64,000 nt of DNA from contig OZ316891.1 of assembly GCA_973895155.1 (NCBI GenBank), positions 8,061,875 through 8,125,874 of the forward strand. The letters run 5' to 3'. The notes below the pieces were generated by a model. It saw only the letters and a list, made by a program, of their open reading frames with translations, did not search any database and was not told where the DNA came from. Both the position numbers and the translations under genes were made by a program. Positions 42,401-55,000 of this stretch are shown piece after piece; positions within the stretch are counted from its first letter, which is position 1, and each line of letters begins with the position of its first letter. The stretch comes from Marsupella aquatica. Taxonomy: Eukaryota > Plantae > Marchantiophyta.

Positions 42401-45400
42401 TTTACCTATCTGATCCAGTTGTGGAGACTGGATTAGCTTCTGAGGACCCTTTTTGACAATTTCCACCGGAAGGGGAGAAAGCAAACTTACAAGGAGTCGG
42501 CCATGATACAGGGAAACAATTCTCAGATCAGCAAATGCATGGCGTATCCTCCGGTAATGGAAAACACCCTCCCTCTCCGGAAATCAGTGAGTCTGATGTT
42601 GGTGATTTGGAGCTTAGGCCAGCAGGCCTAACGGATGGTATAGTGGACCCTAAGGCTTGTCAAAAAATTGAGATTGAACCTGGCAAGTTCCTTAATATAG
42701 GAAAGCATATCCAGGGTGAGTTGCGGGACTTGTACATTAAGTTGTTGACCCAGTACAAGGATGTTTTTGCATGGAGTCATTCAGATTTGAAGGGCATCCA
42801 CCCTCATCTGGGAGAGCATCAGATAGACTTGATGGAAGGGGCAGTGCCAGTCCGTCAAAGGCAGTACCGTTTGAACCCCAAGTACTCTGTCCTTGTGAAG
42901 GAGGAGCTGGATAAGTTGACTGCTGCTGGTTTCATCTACCCCGTCTTGAGTAGTGAATGGGTATCCCCCATTGTCATTGTACCCAAGAAGGCGGGACCTG
43001 ATGGAAAGACAAAAATCCGCGTGTGTTAGGACTATCGGAAATTGAATGCAGCCACCAAGAAGGACCATTATCCCTTACCCTTCATAGATTTAGTGCTTGA
43101 TCAGGTCGCATTGCATGAGTTGTATACTTTTCTGGATGGATACTCTGGGTACAACCAGGTTTCCATTCGAAAGGAGGATCGGGACAAGACCACGTTCACA
43201 ACGGATTGGGGTACATATGCGTATGCAATGATGCCATTTGGGTTGTGTAATGCCCAGGCACTTTTCAGCGTATCATGATGATTATTTTTCAGGAGTACCT
43301 TCGGCACTTCATGGAGATCTTCATCGATGATTTCTGTGTGTATGGATCGGCGGCTGACCATTTAATGCACCTCGATAAGACTTTCCAGAAGTGTCGGGAA
43401 GCTCAATTGTGCTTACACCCCGAGAAGTGCTTCATCGGAATGCAGGAAGGTATCTTGCTCGGCCATGTCATTTCTCAGCGTGGCATAGAGGTGGACAAAG
43501 AAAAGGTCCGGGTGATCGTGGAACTTCAACCTCCGACGGATTTGAAGCAACTCCGTGCCTTCTTAGGGCATGTCGGGTATTATCGCAGATTCATTCATAA
43601 ACATGCCGATATTGCTATGCCTCTGACCAAATTGCTCAAACAAAATGAACCTTATGTTTGGAATGAAGAAAGACAGCAAGCTTTTCAAACACTAAAGGAC
43701 CGCCTTGTGACTGCGCCCATTCTCTCCCCACCAGATTGGAGTAGGAAGTTTCATGTTTTCATTGACTCATCTGCCTTCTGCATCGGAGCTAACTTGAGTC
43801 AAAAGGATGATGACAAGGGATCATCCCATTTATTATGCCAGTAGGCAGATGAGTGCTGCTGAGAAAAACTATACAGTTACCGAAAGAGAAGCCTTAGCCA
43901 TTGTTTTTGCCTGCAAAAAGTTTCGTCATTATTTTCTTGGATATCAGATCATCTTTCACACGGACCATCATTCTTTGAAATACCTGGTTAATCAAGTTGA
44001 CCTGTCGGGGAGGGTGGCTAGATGGGTCCTCCTGCTTCAGGAATTTGATTACGAGGTGCAAGTCTGTCCAGGGAAACACCATGAGAATGCCGACTTCTTG
44101 TCTAGACTTCCAGGTACAGAGAATGACCACAACCTGTCTGACGACTTTCCGGATGAGCACCTTTGGCACATTGAAGGCGAGTCCTCGAAATATTTTGATA
44201 TTGTGAAGATGTTGCTGTATGGGGTCTTTCCAGAAGGACTTAATGCTGAAGAGAGGGTTGTTTTTGCACATAAGGTAGGTCCTTATACAATTATCAAAGG
44301 CACCTTATTTAAGCAAGGCCCTGATCAAAGATTACGGCGTTGCCTTGAGATGAGAGAAATTCCACAGGTAATTGCAGCCTTACATTCTGGTGAGACAGGC
44401 GGACACTATGCAGTTACCACCACTGTTAAGAAAATTCAAGATGCCGGATATTGGTGGCCCACAATGCACAAGGACACCTACAATTTTATTAAAACCTGTG
44501 ATCCATGCCAACGAGTAGGCAAACCCACTGCATCTTCTAAATGGCCACTCACTCCCATCCTTCCTTTGGCCCCCTTTGAGAAATGGGGTATTGATTTTGT
44601 AGGCCCAATTTCACCAGCCGCTAGGAAAAGTTGTAGCAAATACATTATTCTGGCCACTGATTATGCCACCAAATGGGTGGAGGCTAAAGCCACTCGCAAG
44701 AATGATGCTACAACAGCGGCTGCATTTCTCTTTGAGCATATTATTACTCGGTTCGGGTGTCCTTTGGAGTTGGTCAGCGATAGGGGTCTACATTTTCTTA
44801 ACTCAACTATTGAGTTAATTACTGACATATATCTTATCAAGCATCGCAAAACTACTCCTTACAACCCCCAAGCTAATGGCTTAACGGAGAGAGCTAATGG
44901 CATTATGGGCAAGATTCTGAATAAGATGGTGGAATCTCACAAGACTGACTGGGATGTAAAATTGCACTCTGCGCTTTGGGCTTACCGTACTGCTGAAAAG
45001 ATTACCACCCTTAGAACCCCATTTTATTTAACTTATGGGGTTGATAGTATTATCCCTATTGAGTTTTCCATTCCTACTGAGCGCTTACTTATTCCTGAGA
45101 GATTCACCCCTGAAGCAAGTATCGAGAGTCGGTTTGTTGATATTATGAAATTAGAAGAAAATAGACTTTTAGCCTTAGAACATACTGCTGTAGTCCAAGC
45201 AAACCGGAAACACTCTTATGATAAAAAGCTTAAACAGGTTAAGCTAGCTAATAATGATTTAGTGTTAGTTTTTGATTCCCGCTACATGCTTTTTCCGGGT
45301 AAATTACATACCCATTGGATCGGCCCTTATCGAATTGAGAACATATGGCCTAATGGTTCTGTATCCTTAACCACTTTAGATGGATCCCCCTTAGACACTA

Positions 45401-45462
45401 GAATTAATGGCTTTAGATTAAAGCCCTATCACTTCTATTCCGTGCATGAGGACATGTCGTAG
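39448..45462 (+). pseudogene. gag-pol of element B with in-frame stops (41614, 42454, 43027) and frameshifts (about 43257 and 43815)
   Basis: Gag FFGSSKEDAEVYLKEFE, three CCHC knuckles, protease VDGGSS, RT FIDD, RNase H NYTVTEREAL, integrase GGHY...CDPCQR, WGIDF, SDRG, and WIGPY. Confidence 0.92.
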
Positions 45463-45477
45463 TTTGAGTGGAGGGCT
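45463..45477 (+). other. Internal duplicate PPT immediately after the pol stop
   Basis: TTTGAGTGGAGGGCT is identical to 48481-48495. Confidence 0.8.
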
Positions 45478-45578
45478 GGGATAGGTATATTTCATATCTG
45501 TAAGAAATACTAGTATGGAAGGGCTTAGAATAGTAGATTAAAAGATTATGTTTGGAAAATTTTTCAAAAAAATTTTGA

Positions 45579-45766
45579 GACGCTTTCTGAAGCGTCCAGC
45601 ATTGTGGACTGATTTCGCGAAGCGGGACCGATGGGACGCTTTCTGAGGCGTCCGCTCCACGACCAGTAGACGACGCTTTCTGAAGCGTCCAGGAGATGCA
45701 CTTTGGAGGCGTCAACTTGCTGACTCAGGATTTCCGTCCGGATTTGGGCCGCTTTCTGAAGCGTCC
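45579..45766. repeat. Internal palindrome array upstream of the accessory ORF of element B
   Basis: Copies near 45579, 45634, 45672, 45695 (degenerate) and 45747. Confidence 0.88.
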
Positions 45767-45962
45767 AGCACAAGTTGAAATTTTGGAATGATCTCAAGTA
45801 CGGCGAGGGATTGTGACGTCTAATGGGTCGAAGAAGAGAAACGACGAGTGGTTTTTGAAACCAAGTTTAGTAGCGCTCATTACCGATGATTGATATAGAG
45901 GAGGTGGCGACCCTGATTGAGGGAAGAGTGGAGCTGCGCCAGAAGAGATTGCAGACTGAGCG

Positions 45963-48395
45963 ATGGCGGAATCGGAGCTAGAAGTCACTGCGCGTCCGAT
46001 AGTTGTTGTGATTCCATTAGGAATAGATGATCGAAGGCGACTACGAGAGGATTTGACGACTATGGGCTTGAAGAATCTCCTAAAGTTTCCTTGGAGTATT
46101 TGTGAATTCAGCTTGATCGATCGGGGCGAATGGGACGGAGAGGAAGGACCGAAGATACGCACGAGGCCAAGCAATTGGAATGAGGAGCTCATCTCATCAA
46201 TTTATTTGACTCCAAGTGTAGGCGAAGGATTACAAAAAGTAGAAGGCGAACCTAGGGCTTACGTTGAATCTCTGTTTTATCCGGGAACATTCAAGAGGCG
46301 GAATGGCTGGGTGGCGGCAGATTGCATAGAAGCGCGATTGCAGCATTTATTTCGGTTCCTCTCCCCTATTTTTCATCCTGAGAGTCAAACGTGTATTACC
46401 TTGTCGTTTGCGGCCACTGTGATTTTTTCTGTGGAACAGAGGAAGACCATCAATTGGACTCAAATCCTACATAGAGTGATCCATGCGCAGGTGAAGAATT
46501 TTTGAAGTCGAGTCAGAGCAAGGAAGTTGAGGAGGGTGCAAATGACACCCTACTTCGCGCATATTTATTACAAGAAGCGATGCCTGTTACCGACAGAGAA
46601 AAGGATTTATCAAAATTTGAGGACTAAGGTGCGAATGGACGTGAGTTGTCGATCGGATGAGCCACTCAACAATCCTCAGGATACTCTGATTGCATTGTGT
46701 ACTTTATTAGACTGCGAAGAGGCTGAGTTGTTACCAAATGTCCGAAATTTGGTTGAAGCACATGAGCAGGCCACTCAAATTCCAGAGGAGGACACTCCTA
46801 CAGTTGACGAGGAGCTAGCTGACCGACTTTCGCATGATATTGAAGCCGAATTGATGCACGAGGCCCAGCTCAGTTCACAATGTGGGAGTCCCATCCCTCT
46901 GCATAACCCGGAAGAAGCTATTCAGGAACCAGAGACAGCTGCGGAATCACCAGGTGAAGGTTCAGTTTTACCTTCTTTTGCAGAAAATGTAGTTTTGAAT
47001 GAGTTACCAAGTTTATCCCCATCTCTAGCTGCAGAAGGACCGGACGCTTTGGCTTCATTACAGGACTACCAATCGGATGAATACTCCAATGGGAGTCCAC
47101 AGCCACCCTTACAAGATGTCCTTGGTTTTCCCCAAGACATTCAACCTTTAGGAATACCAGGTTTTGATGTTTCAAGAAGTGATGGTGAGAATGCAATTGT
47201 AGAGATTGATGATGAGGAGGATGTCTCCTTTTTGCGAAGATCTGAACGAGATGATTCAAGTCAGCAGGAAGGTAGTAGTATGGTGGCGGTACCATTGGAC
47301 ATTTTGGAAGACTTAGCTGAGAGATTAAGTCAAATCTCCCGGTTACCCACAATACCAATGGGCTATGATAGTTCGGAACAGAGTCCTGGGGCATCACCTC
47401 AGCACATATCAGCTCCAAACGATTTTGAGAGATATGCTTCTCTGGACGCTCCACTTACAGCTTCTCCACCTCGAGCCCGAGATGAGTATCCAGTTACTTA
47501 TAGGCGTCGACCATGGAAAAGGTTATGGAAAGCTCAAGATTCGGTGGAATTACATGCTGCTACAGATTTTGTGGAGGCTCAGATTGAGGTACAAGAGCAG
47601 TATGCCCATGAGCAGGAACCATATAACGATTCGGAGCAGGTAGCTGCCTACTCAGAGGAGTTACGGCTAGAAAACGAACCACCCAGTGCAGGTCGAGGAG
47701 ATAGGGCAATTCCAGAACTAGTACAGCCTACTATTGCACCTTTGTCTCCTGCGACTTCACCTTGTCCTCCTGCTAAGGAATCTGTGATTCCTTCCAATAC
47801 TCCAGGGGTTATTTTTCGATGGATAGGTGCGCCAAGTGATGGCAGTGAGGATGAGGCAGATCCTCGAATTATTCGAATTCCACCAAAATTAGGGAGATCG
47901 GTTGAGTTACCACCTCCTATTCCTGTCCCCAATCTTACTTCTATTAATTCTTGGACCAAGAAAGACTACCATATGGCTTTCAGGCATTTGGAAGTAGAGA
48001 GTATCAAACAGCAACAACAGGTTTTGCCAGGATTATGTCCTCCAGGCATTCGTACTTTGATTCCTACGTATAAATTTCCTAAAGTTGTTCCACCTATAGA
48101 TAAGGACAGGAGACATAAATTCTCTGAGTATGAAATATGGTGTTGGGTGTATACCCTTCGAAGAACCCTTTGTCCTTTTCCTCCTATACCTCCAGAACAT
48201 CCATGGCCTTATCGTTACTATGTCTGGGTTGCTCATGACGGATATGCAATTCAGTATAAGTATGAGAAGGATCTGCTTAAACTCAGAGAACAGCTACAGA
48301 GACTCCAACTACATTCCTCTTCTCGCACTCAAGGCTCCCACGCTATCAGAGGACTTGCTCGATTGCCTCTACTCGACCCTTGGCCTCCAATGTAA
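45963..48395 (+). CDS. Accessory ORF of element B (about 810 codons, one in-frame TGA at 46503-46505)
   Basis: The 180-aa and 622-aa ORFs share a frame. N-terminal GLKNLLKFPW...RNGWVAADC...FLSPIFHPE...INW...TPYFAHIY, then a long acidic/Pro/Ser region and a W/Y/P-rich C-terminus. Confidence 0.75.
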
Positions 48396-48480
48396 TTTTA
48401 CAACTCCACATCATTAAAGAGCCACTTCAGAAGTGCCTGATCAAGTATATTATTTCACTTCTTGTGCGGACACAGCGAAT

Positions 48481-48496
48481 TTTGAGTGGAGGGCTA
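48481..48496 (+). other. Terminal PPT of element B
   Basis: TTTGAGTGGAGGGCTA directly before the TG of the 3' LTR. Confidence 0.88.
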
Positions 48497-50213
48497 TGTG
48501 GAAAGGAGACTTTTGCTGAAACACGACCATAAGAGAAAAATCTGAATCGTTTCAAACTTTTTGAGCAAAAACGACGCTTTCTGAAGCGTCTACTTTCAAT
48601 TTGGCGGTTAACTCACTTCATTCTAACTAAGGACGCTTTCTGAAGCGTCCCCAGTTACAAAGCCAATAAACCTCAAGACAGCTGAGGCGTCCATGCGTGC
48701 TGCCAACCAGATGCGACCCCCTTAACCACGACGCTTTTTGAGCCGTCCTTCACCGATACCACGGAACAAAAGACGCTTCGTGAAACGTCTATTCGAACCA
48801 GACACCGGACGCTTTAAGACGCTTTCTGAAGCGTCCGCTAACCCCAAAGTCCGATGAGACGCTTTCTAAAGCGTCCACATGAGAAGTGACGCCTCGACTG
48901 TTCGGCCGTGTTCGAAGACAAGGCAGAATCGATGCTTTCTGAAGCGTTCGCCAAGACAGACTTCGCCGCTTTCTGAAGCGTCCCACCTGAAGGCCGGAAG
49001 ACGGACGCCGCGACCAAACCCTCAAAATTCAGCCGACGCTTTCTGAAGCGTCCATAAAAGTCCTTTGTAGTTTTGGACGCTTTCTGAAGCGTCCACTATG
49101 TTCCCAACACTTAGAAAAAGTTTCAGTTTTCGCACTTTTATAACACCGTGCCACTTTTACTGATTTATTTGAGGCACTTAGAGACCTCAGAAAAGTCTGA
49201 AACTTTACCAGCATAGAGATTATATGTAGTAGAGTACTCTAGAAAAGTCTCAGCTCATTCCGACTTTTAGTTTAGAAGTTAAAATTAGATTAACACCACT
49301 GTTTATTAGTTTTACCGGAAAGCACCGACGCTCTACAAAGCGTCCACTAAGTCTCCAATGCATTTCTTTATTTCTTTTAGGATTGTCTTTTAGATATTTG
49401 AGGTTTGAAAAGTCATGCCTTTTCAGTTAAGGGAACCTTTACTTATAAAACCTCATGTTTTTTCCATTCGAAAGGAGGGGGGGACAATTCCAATCAGACT
49501 TCTGTTAGTTTCCCTCCTTCCATTTTAACAAGAGAAGTCTTGTATGGAAGTAAAACTTATGTTTGAATTTATGAATTCAAGAAATTTCTTGATACTTGAA
49601 TTCAGTTACAAACTTCTGTGACTTACATTGAATTCACTGCTAGGCTTGCTTGAAGGGTCAAGATTCGCTAGCTAATTCAAGAGTTGTTGTTTGATATGTG
49701 AGAAGTAAAGTTTGGTTCTCAGAGTATTCAGTACCGTTACTTTGTTTATGGAATATGATTTAGTGTTTGACGGAATTGCGTATCGCTGATGTCAAACCAT
49801 GTTGCCGACATCTTAAGTCATATCATTACATTTGTAACCAGAGCAGTACTTGTTTAGCAAATTGGAAATTCCTTATCATGCAATTTTATTTAGTCAGGAG
49901 AGAAATTAGTGAGTTATGAGACTTGTTTTATGTCTATTCTAAGACCATAGTCCTTTTTGAAGGAGTGGCAATAGCTAATCAGAGTTTTCAGACCATAATT
50001 GACTCTCTCTTGACTCATAAGACAGAAGTTTATTTACTTTGGTGTTTTGTTTATTTGATCTTTTAGTGAGAAACAAGAAATCTATGTGCTGAGAGCTTTA
50101 GATTACTCAGAGAGATAAATTCATTCAATTCTTTCCAAATCTGTTCTTAAAGGGATCGTATTCCGAGTCTTTATGTAAAAAGTGTTCCTTTTTGTTCTTT
50201 TGGCTATACGACA
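48497..50213 (+). repeat. 3' LTR of element B (1717 bp), includes the palindrome array at about 48573-49094
   Basis: Near-identical to 36363-38079. Confidence 0.96.
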
Positions 50214-50218
50214 CAACT

Positions 50219-51016
50219 ATCCTAGAAGGCGGGGATGGCAAGGCCGAGGCTAGGACGATCATTGAGGAAGCCAGGGTAGCGGATCCACCACTAAAGCAAG
50301 TCGGGGAGGTCGTAGCCTGATCTGAGGCCGTAGCCAAAGCTGAGGCCAAAGCCAAGGGTGGACCCGGTCAGGACGTGGGAGAGTTGACTCGGTCTGGGGT
50401 AGGTAATATGTCAGAATACAGACCTACGGCAGTGGTTGCGGATGAAGCGTTGGGGGCGTCCATCTCGGTTAGTTATACAGTGACCCTTGTGTATATTCAT
50501 GTTCCCTCATGCCTAAGAGCTGAATAGAGTTGGCCTCGCGGCTTAGTTCGCAGATCTTGTGTATGAGAAGTACTGTTTGTATGGCAAGTGCATGGTATAA
50601 CTCAATCAGAAGGAGTTATTTTTGCTATTTGAGTGTCGCATTAACTTGTTTGAAGATTGCCCACATCAACCAAGATAGAAAGGAAGTAAGCAAGGTAGTA
50701 AGAGTTGGATGTGTCAAGCTGAGAGGTCTTAGCGGCTAACCCAAGCCATTTGGGGATCATTCCGGTGGCGGACTCCAAACATACCTAAAAGAAGACCAGG
50801 AGAGGAAGACAAGGGAAGGCATAGAATAGGCCGGCTACTTATCTCATGACCTGATGAAGCATCTGTCCAGTATATGTGTGTAAAATTTTAGTAGAAGAGA
50901 GTTAGCAGCGTCCCATGCCGATAAGCCGCGGAACCTGTCTCGCCGAGAGCAAAACCTACGGGAATCGACTTCTGCAGGGGGTTTCTTGGGTTTAGGGAGC
51001 CATGGGAAAAACCACA
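50219..51016 (+). mobile_element. Solo LTR of the element-A family, segment 3 (3' end)
   Basis: Matches the reverse complement of about 26308-26110 and then about 25728-25163 (internal deletion). Ends ...GCCATGGGA..ACCACA. Flanks tagat (23453-23457) and cagac (51017-51021) are a possible decayed TSD. Confidence 0.8.
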
Positions 51017-52055
51017 CAGACTTAAAATATAAGGACAATGAAGAAAAACAGAATAAAAAAAATAATCGATAAGGAGGCAGGAATTGTTGCAAAGGCCAAA
51101 AAGTAATAGACAAAGAAACAGCAACAAAAAAAGGAGAAGTAGCGAGTGAATCCAAAAAAGAGAGTTGATAAGGATCAGACATCAAGGCATAAGAAAGGCA
51201 AATAAGGAACATCGGAGACCCTCAGGAATTCTGAAACAATAAGGACCAAAAATCAAAGGAAGAAGAATCGAGACAACATGATAGAAAGAGACAACAAGCA
51301 AGTAGTGAAAGTAGTTGTAGCAACAAGTGAAATGTTGAAGGATCAAAAATGAGAAATGCCGTAAGGAGTGATTGAATTGGAGAACCACGATTGTTACCCC
51401 AACAGGAAAAGCAAGCAGAACAAACGATCGAGAAAACGAACGCCAGGAGAGAGAAGAACGTCCTATGAAGACTAAGATCGTGGTACAAGGTAAAGACGAG
51501 ACGTTGGGCAAAGGAGGCAAACAAAAACACAACATAAGCAACAAAAACATTGAAGAAAATGAGACTTAACCCGCTAAGTGCAACCCTCCTTAACCACAAA
51601 ACCCGTCAAAGCAATTTTCTCATACAAAAAGAATTGTGCACTAAACCAGGGAAGCGCACATAATCGCAAACCATTCACAACTACAAACCAAAAACAATGA
51701 GAATTTCATTTACAAGAGAACCTTGTGCAGTTAACCACATACACAAGGAAAACCAAACTTCAGTGCAAACCCTAAAGTGCATTTCATCCTTTACGCTTAA
51801 CTTGCATGGGGCAATAAACCTAAAATGCATTTAGGGTTAACAAAAAATAACCTTATATTAATAAGACAAAACCCTAAAAGGAAAAACAAAAAGGAAAAAT
51901 CAACTTTTTTGATTTTTTGAAAGCGCACAGAACCTATAACAGCACAAAAATCCATTAGACACTAAAAACCAAACTATCTTAGAACCCTCGCATACATTAT
52001 AACCAATATGAGACCTAAAAACCTAACCCTAACTCTAAACCTAAAACCCAAAGAC

Positions 52056-55000
52056 ATGGCATCCATAGAGAAGCTGAACTTTCTCCCCTTGACCATCGAG
52101 GGGGAGAACTACCTATCCTGGATACTAGACATTAAAGTCAACCTAGAATAGCTAAAGACATATATGAAACTATCATAATCAATCAGGGCACAACAACCCA
52201 ACAGAAGGCGAGAGCCTTGGTGTTCATAAGACACCACCTTGTAGAACCACTAAAGCTACAATACCTTAACGAGGAAAATCCCAAAAACCTTTGGGATCAA
52301 CTCAAGGAAAGATATGACCACACTAAGACCATACACCTGCCTAGAGCCCGCCATGACTGGGCTAACCTTTGTGTCCAAGACCATACATCTATAGTTAACT
52401 ATAACAGTGAGCTATTGGGCATCACATCCTAATTGGCCCTATGTTAGGGAATATTTTTTCCGACTTAGAGGCAGGCAAATGAGCAAAAGGATGGTAAATG
52501 GATAGGGCAATTTTTTAGAATTCCACGGGAGAAATGTTGTGCTAGTGAGAAGAGTGAATGATCGAGTTTTGGGAATGGGCAGACTATGGTGATAAGAGTA
52601 TCAGGATGGAGTCTTGGAAATCTAAGATTGAACTGATCAAAAGCAGAGTTGGGAAGTTAAACAGAAGTTCCAGAAAGATGTCATCGTGGTGTTGTGGGAA
52701 GAAGTTTAAAGGTGAACGATGGAGTTTTGGTGCAGAGTAATAAAAGGCGATAAAGTTATGAACTTTGTGAACGATGGAATTATATTATTCGATGGTGATA
52801 AGAGGAAGAGGATTGATCCCAAACAAGACAATGGAAATGCTAGGCACGCGATTGAAGATTTGGAAGATTCAGGTGCTTTCTTAGTGACAATGAATGCAAA
52901 TAAAAGAAACACTTTTCGCATATTTGTTGGGTTTCTATGTCACATAGTAGAATGCTTTTCATTCCACTACGCATGAGATGTCAATACATGACCTTTGGCA
53001 TACCAAGTTTGGACACCCTAGTATGACCATGTTTCAAAAGATGAAAATAGTAACCCATGAAGTACCACAAAACGCACGTGCAACAAACCATAATCATTCT
53101 TGCACGACATGTTCTCAAGGAAAGTTAATCCTTAGACCTTCCGTCTCCAAGACCATCCATGAAATACCCAGATTCTTGGAACAAGTGCATGCAAACATAT
53201 GTGGCCCTATTGAGCCACCAAGCGGACCATTTTGATTTTTCCTAGTCATCATTGATGCATCCTCAAAATGGTCGCAAGTTTTGTTGCTTTCCCACGACTT
53301 TTAGCACACATCTTAAAGCTAAAAGCTCAATTCCTTGAAAACTCTATCAAGACAATTAGGGTTGATAATATAGGCAAATTTATTCCAAAAACATTCAAAG
53401 ATTTTTGCATGGCTATAGGGATAGACACTCAATATCCTGTACCTCACGTCCATTTCCAAAATAGCATTGCTGAATCTGTCATTAAAAGAATACAAATGAT
53501 AGCAAGACCCGTGCTTATGCAGATGTAGTTACCCACAGCTGCCCGGGGTCACGCTGTACCACATGCAACAGCTTTACTTAAATATTGCCCATCGGCGTAC
53601 AACAACCAAACTCCACACCACCTAGCCTTTGAAGTAGACCTTTACTTATCACATGTCCATGACTTTTGGTTGCCAAGTACTAGTCCCCATCATGGGACCC
53701 AAACGTACTAAGATGGGACCTCAAAGATTGAAAGACATTTACATTGGTTTTGAGTCACCATCCATAATCAAGTACTTAGAATCATTAACTGTCAATGTCT
53801 TTCAAGCGAGGTTCCCTGACTGCCATTTCTACGAGAAAATTTTCCCCAAACTATGTGAAGGAAAACCGCAATTCAAACAACCTTGTAACCTAGAATTATG
53901 ATGGCGGACTCAGTCCACTATTTGGAACCATCCACGGACACGACAATGCAAAGAAGAAGTCCATAGAATATTGCAATTGACAAAGACTGTGGAGCAAATG
54001 CCAAACGCATTTATAGACATTGCGCAAGTGACCAGATTACATATCCCTTCCGCAAATGCTCCCGCATGTCTACAAGAATCCACACAACTGGCCACGGACC
54101 AACCACCAAGAGAAAAATGTGGACGTCCTTTGGGATCTAAAGATATTCAACCAAGGCAAAGAAAAACAACAACAATAATATCACCAGTGATACCAGAAGA
54201 GATACCCACACCAAGTCATGTCTAAATCCCCAAAAATGAAGAAATCTCAATTCACTACATGAACACTAGGACCATCTGGAATAGAAATAATATTCCCATG
54301 GACGACAACTTTGCCTACCACATTTCCCAAAATATCACGGATACACAACCTGACCCTAAAACAATCAATGAGGCACAGAAAGCCCAAATTGATCAGAATG
54401 GGAAAAGACAATTAATTCAGAATTGGATTCACTGATTAAATACCAACTGTTCGGACCTATTGTCCCAGCACCAACAAATACCCACTTAATGGATTATAAG
54501 TGGACATTTGTGAAAAAAAAATGCACAAGGCCAAGTTGCAAGATATAAAGCACATCTTGTCGTGAAAGTATACACACAAATACCTGGGCGTGACTTTGAC
54601 TTGATATACGCACCAGTGATGGATGCAATAACCTACAGATATCTAGTTGGTTTTTTCTCTAGGTCGTCGACTAAAATGCATCAGATGGATGTCATAACAA
54701 TATGGATTACTGGAGACTACCATATACATGAAAGCACCCCAAAATTAATAAAATGACACACATACCATCTTTAGGGGGAGCATAAGACAAAACAAAACCA
54801 ATCCACATCCACATATCTACCTTATACCACAAAAAGACCTTAGGAAGGGAAAACGGGGCAAGGTGGACCTATAGTCCATCAAACACCATGGAATGGACCT
54901 ATTGTCCTTCCTAAGAGCGGATCTATTGTCCCTCCAATACATAAATCCATGCCCTGGCCAAGGATGGATATGTTGTCCAGATCATGAGATCGTTATATGG

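Larger units (their letters stand above)
36363..50213 (+). mobile_element. Complete Ty3/gypsy LTR retrotransposon B (Athila/Phygy-like), 13,851 bp
   Basis: TG...CA LTRs of equal length, 5-bp TSD CAACT (36358-36362 and 50214-50218), PBS, PPT, gag-pol and an accessory ORF. Confidence 0.96.

Noticed and set aside
45963-48395. Envelope (env) gene
   Set aside because: The position is env-like, but no signal peptide or convincing transmembrane segment is visible.
52010-52050. Interstitial telomere repeat
   Set aside because: Only a few imperfect AACCCT-like units in the copia leader.
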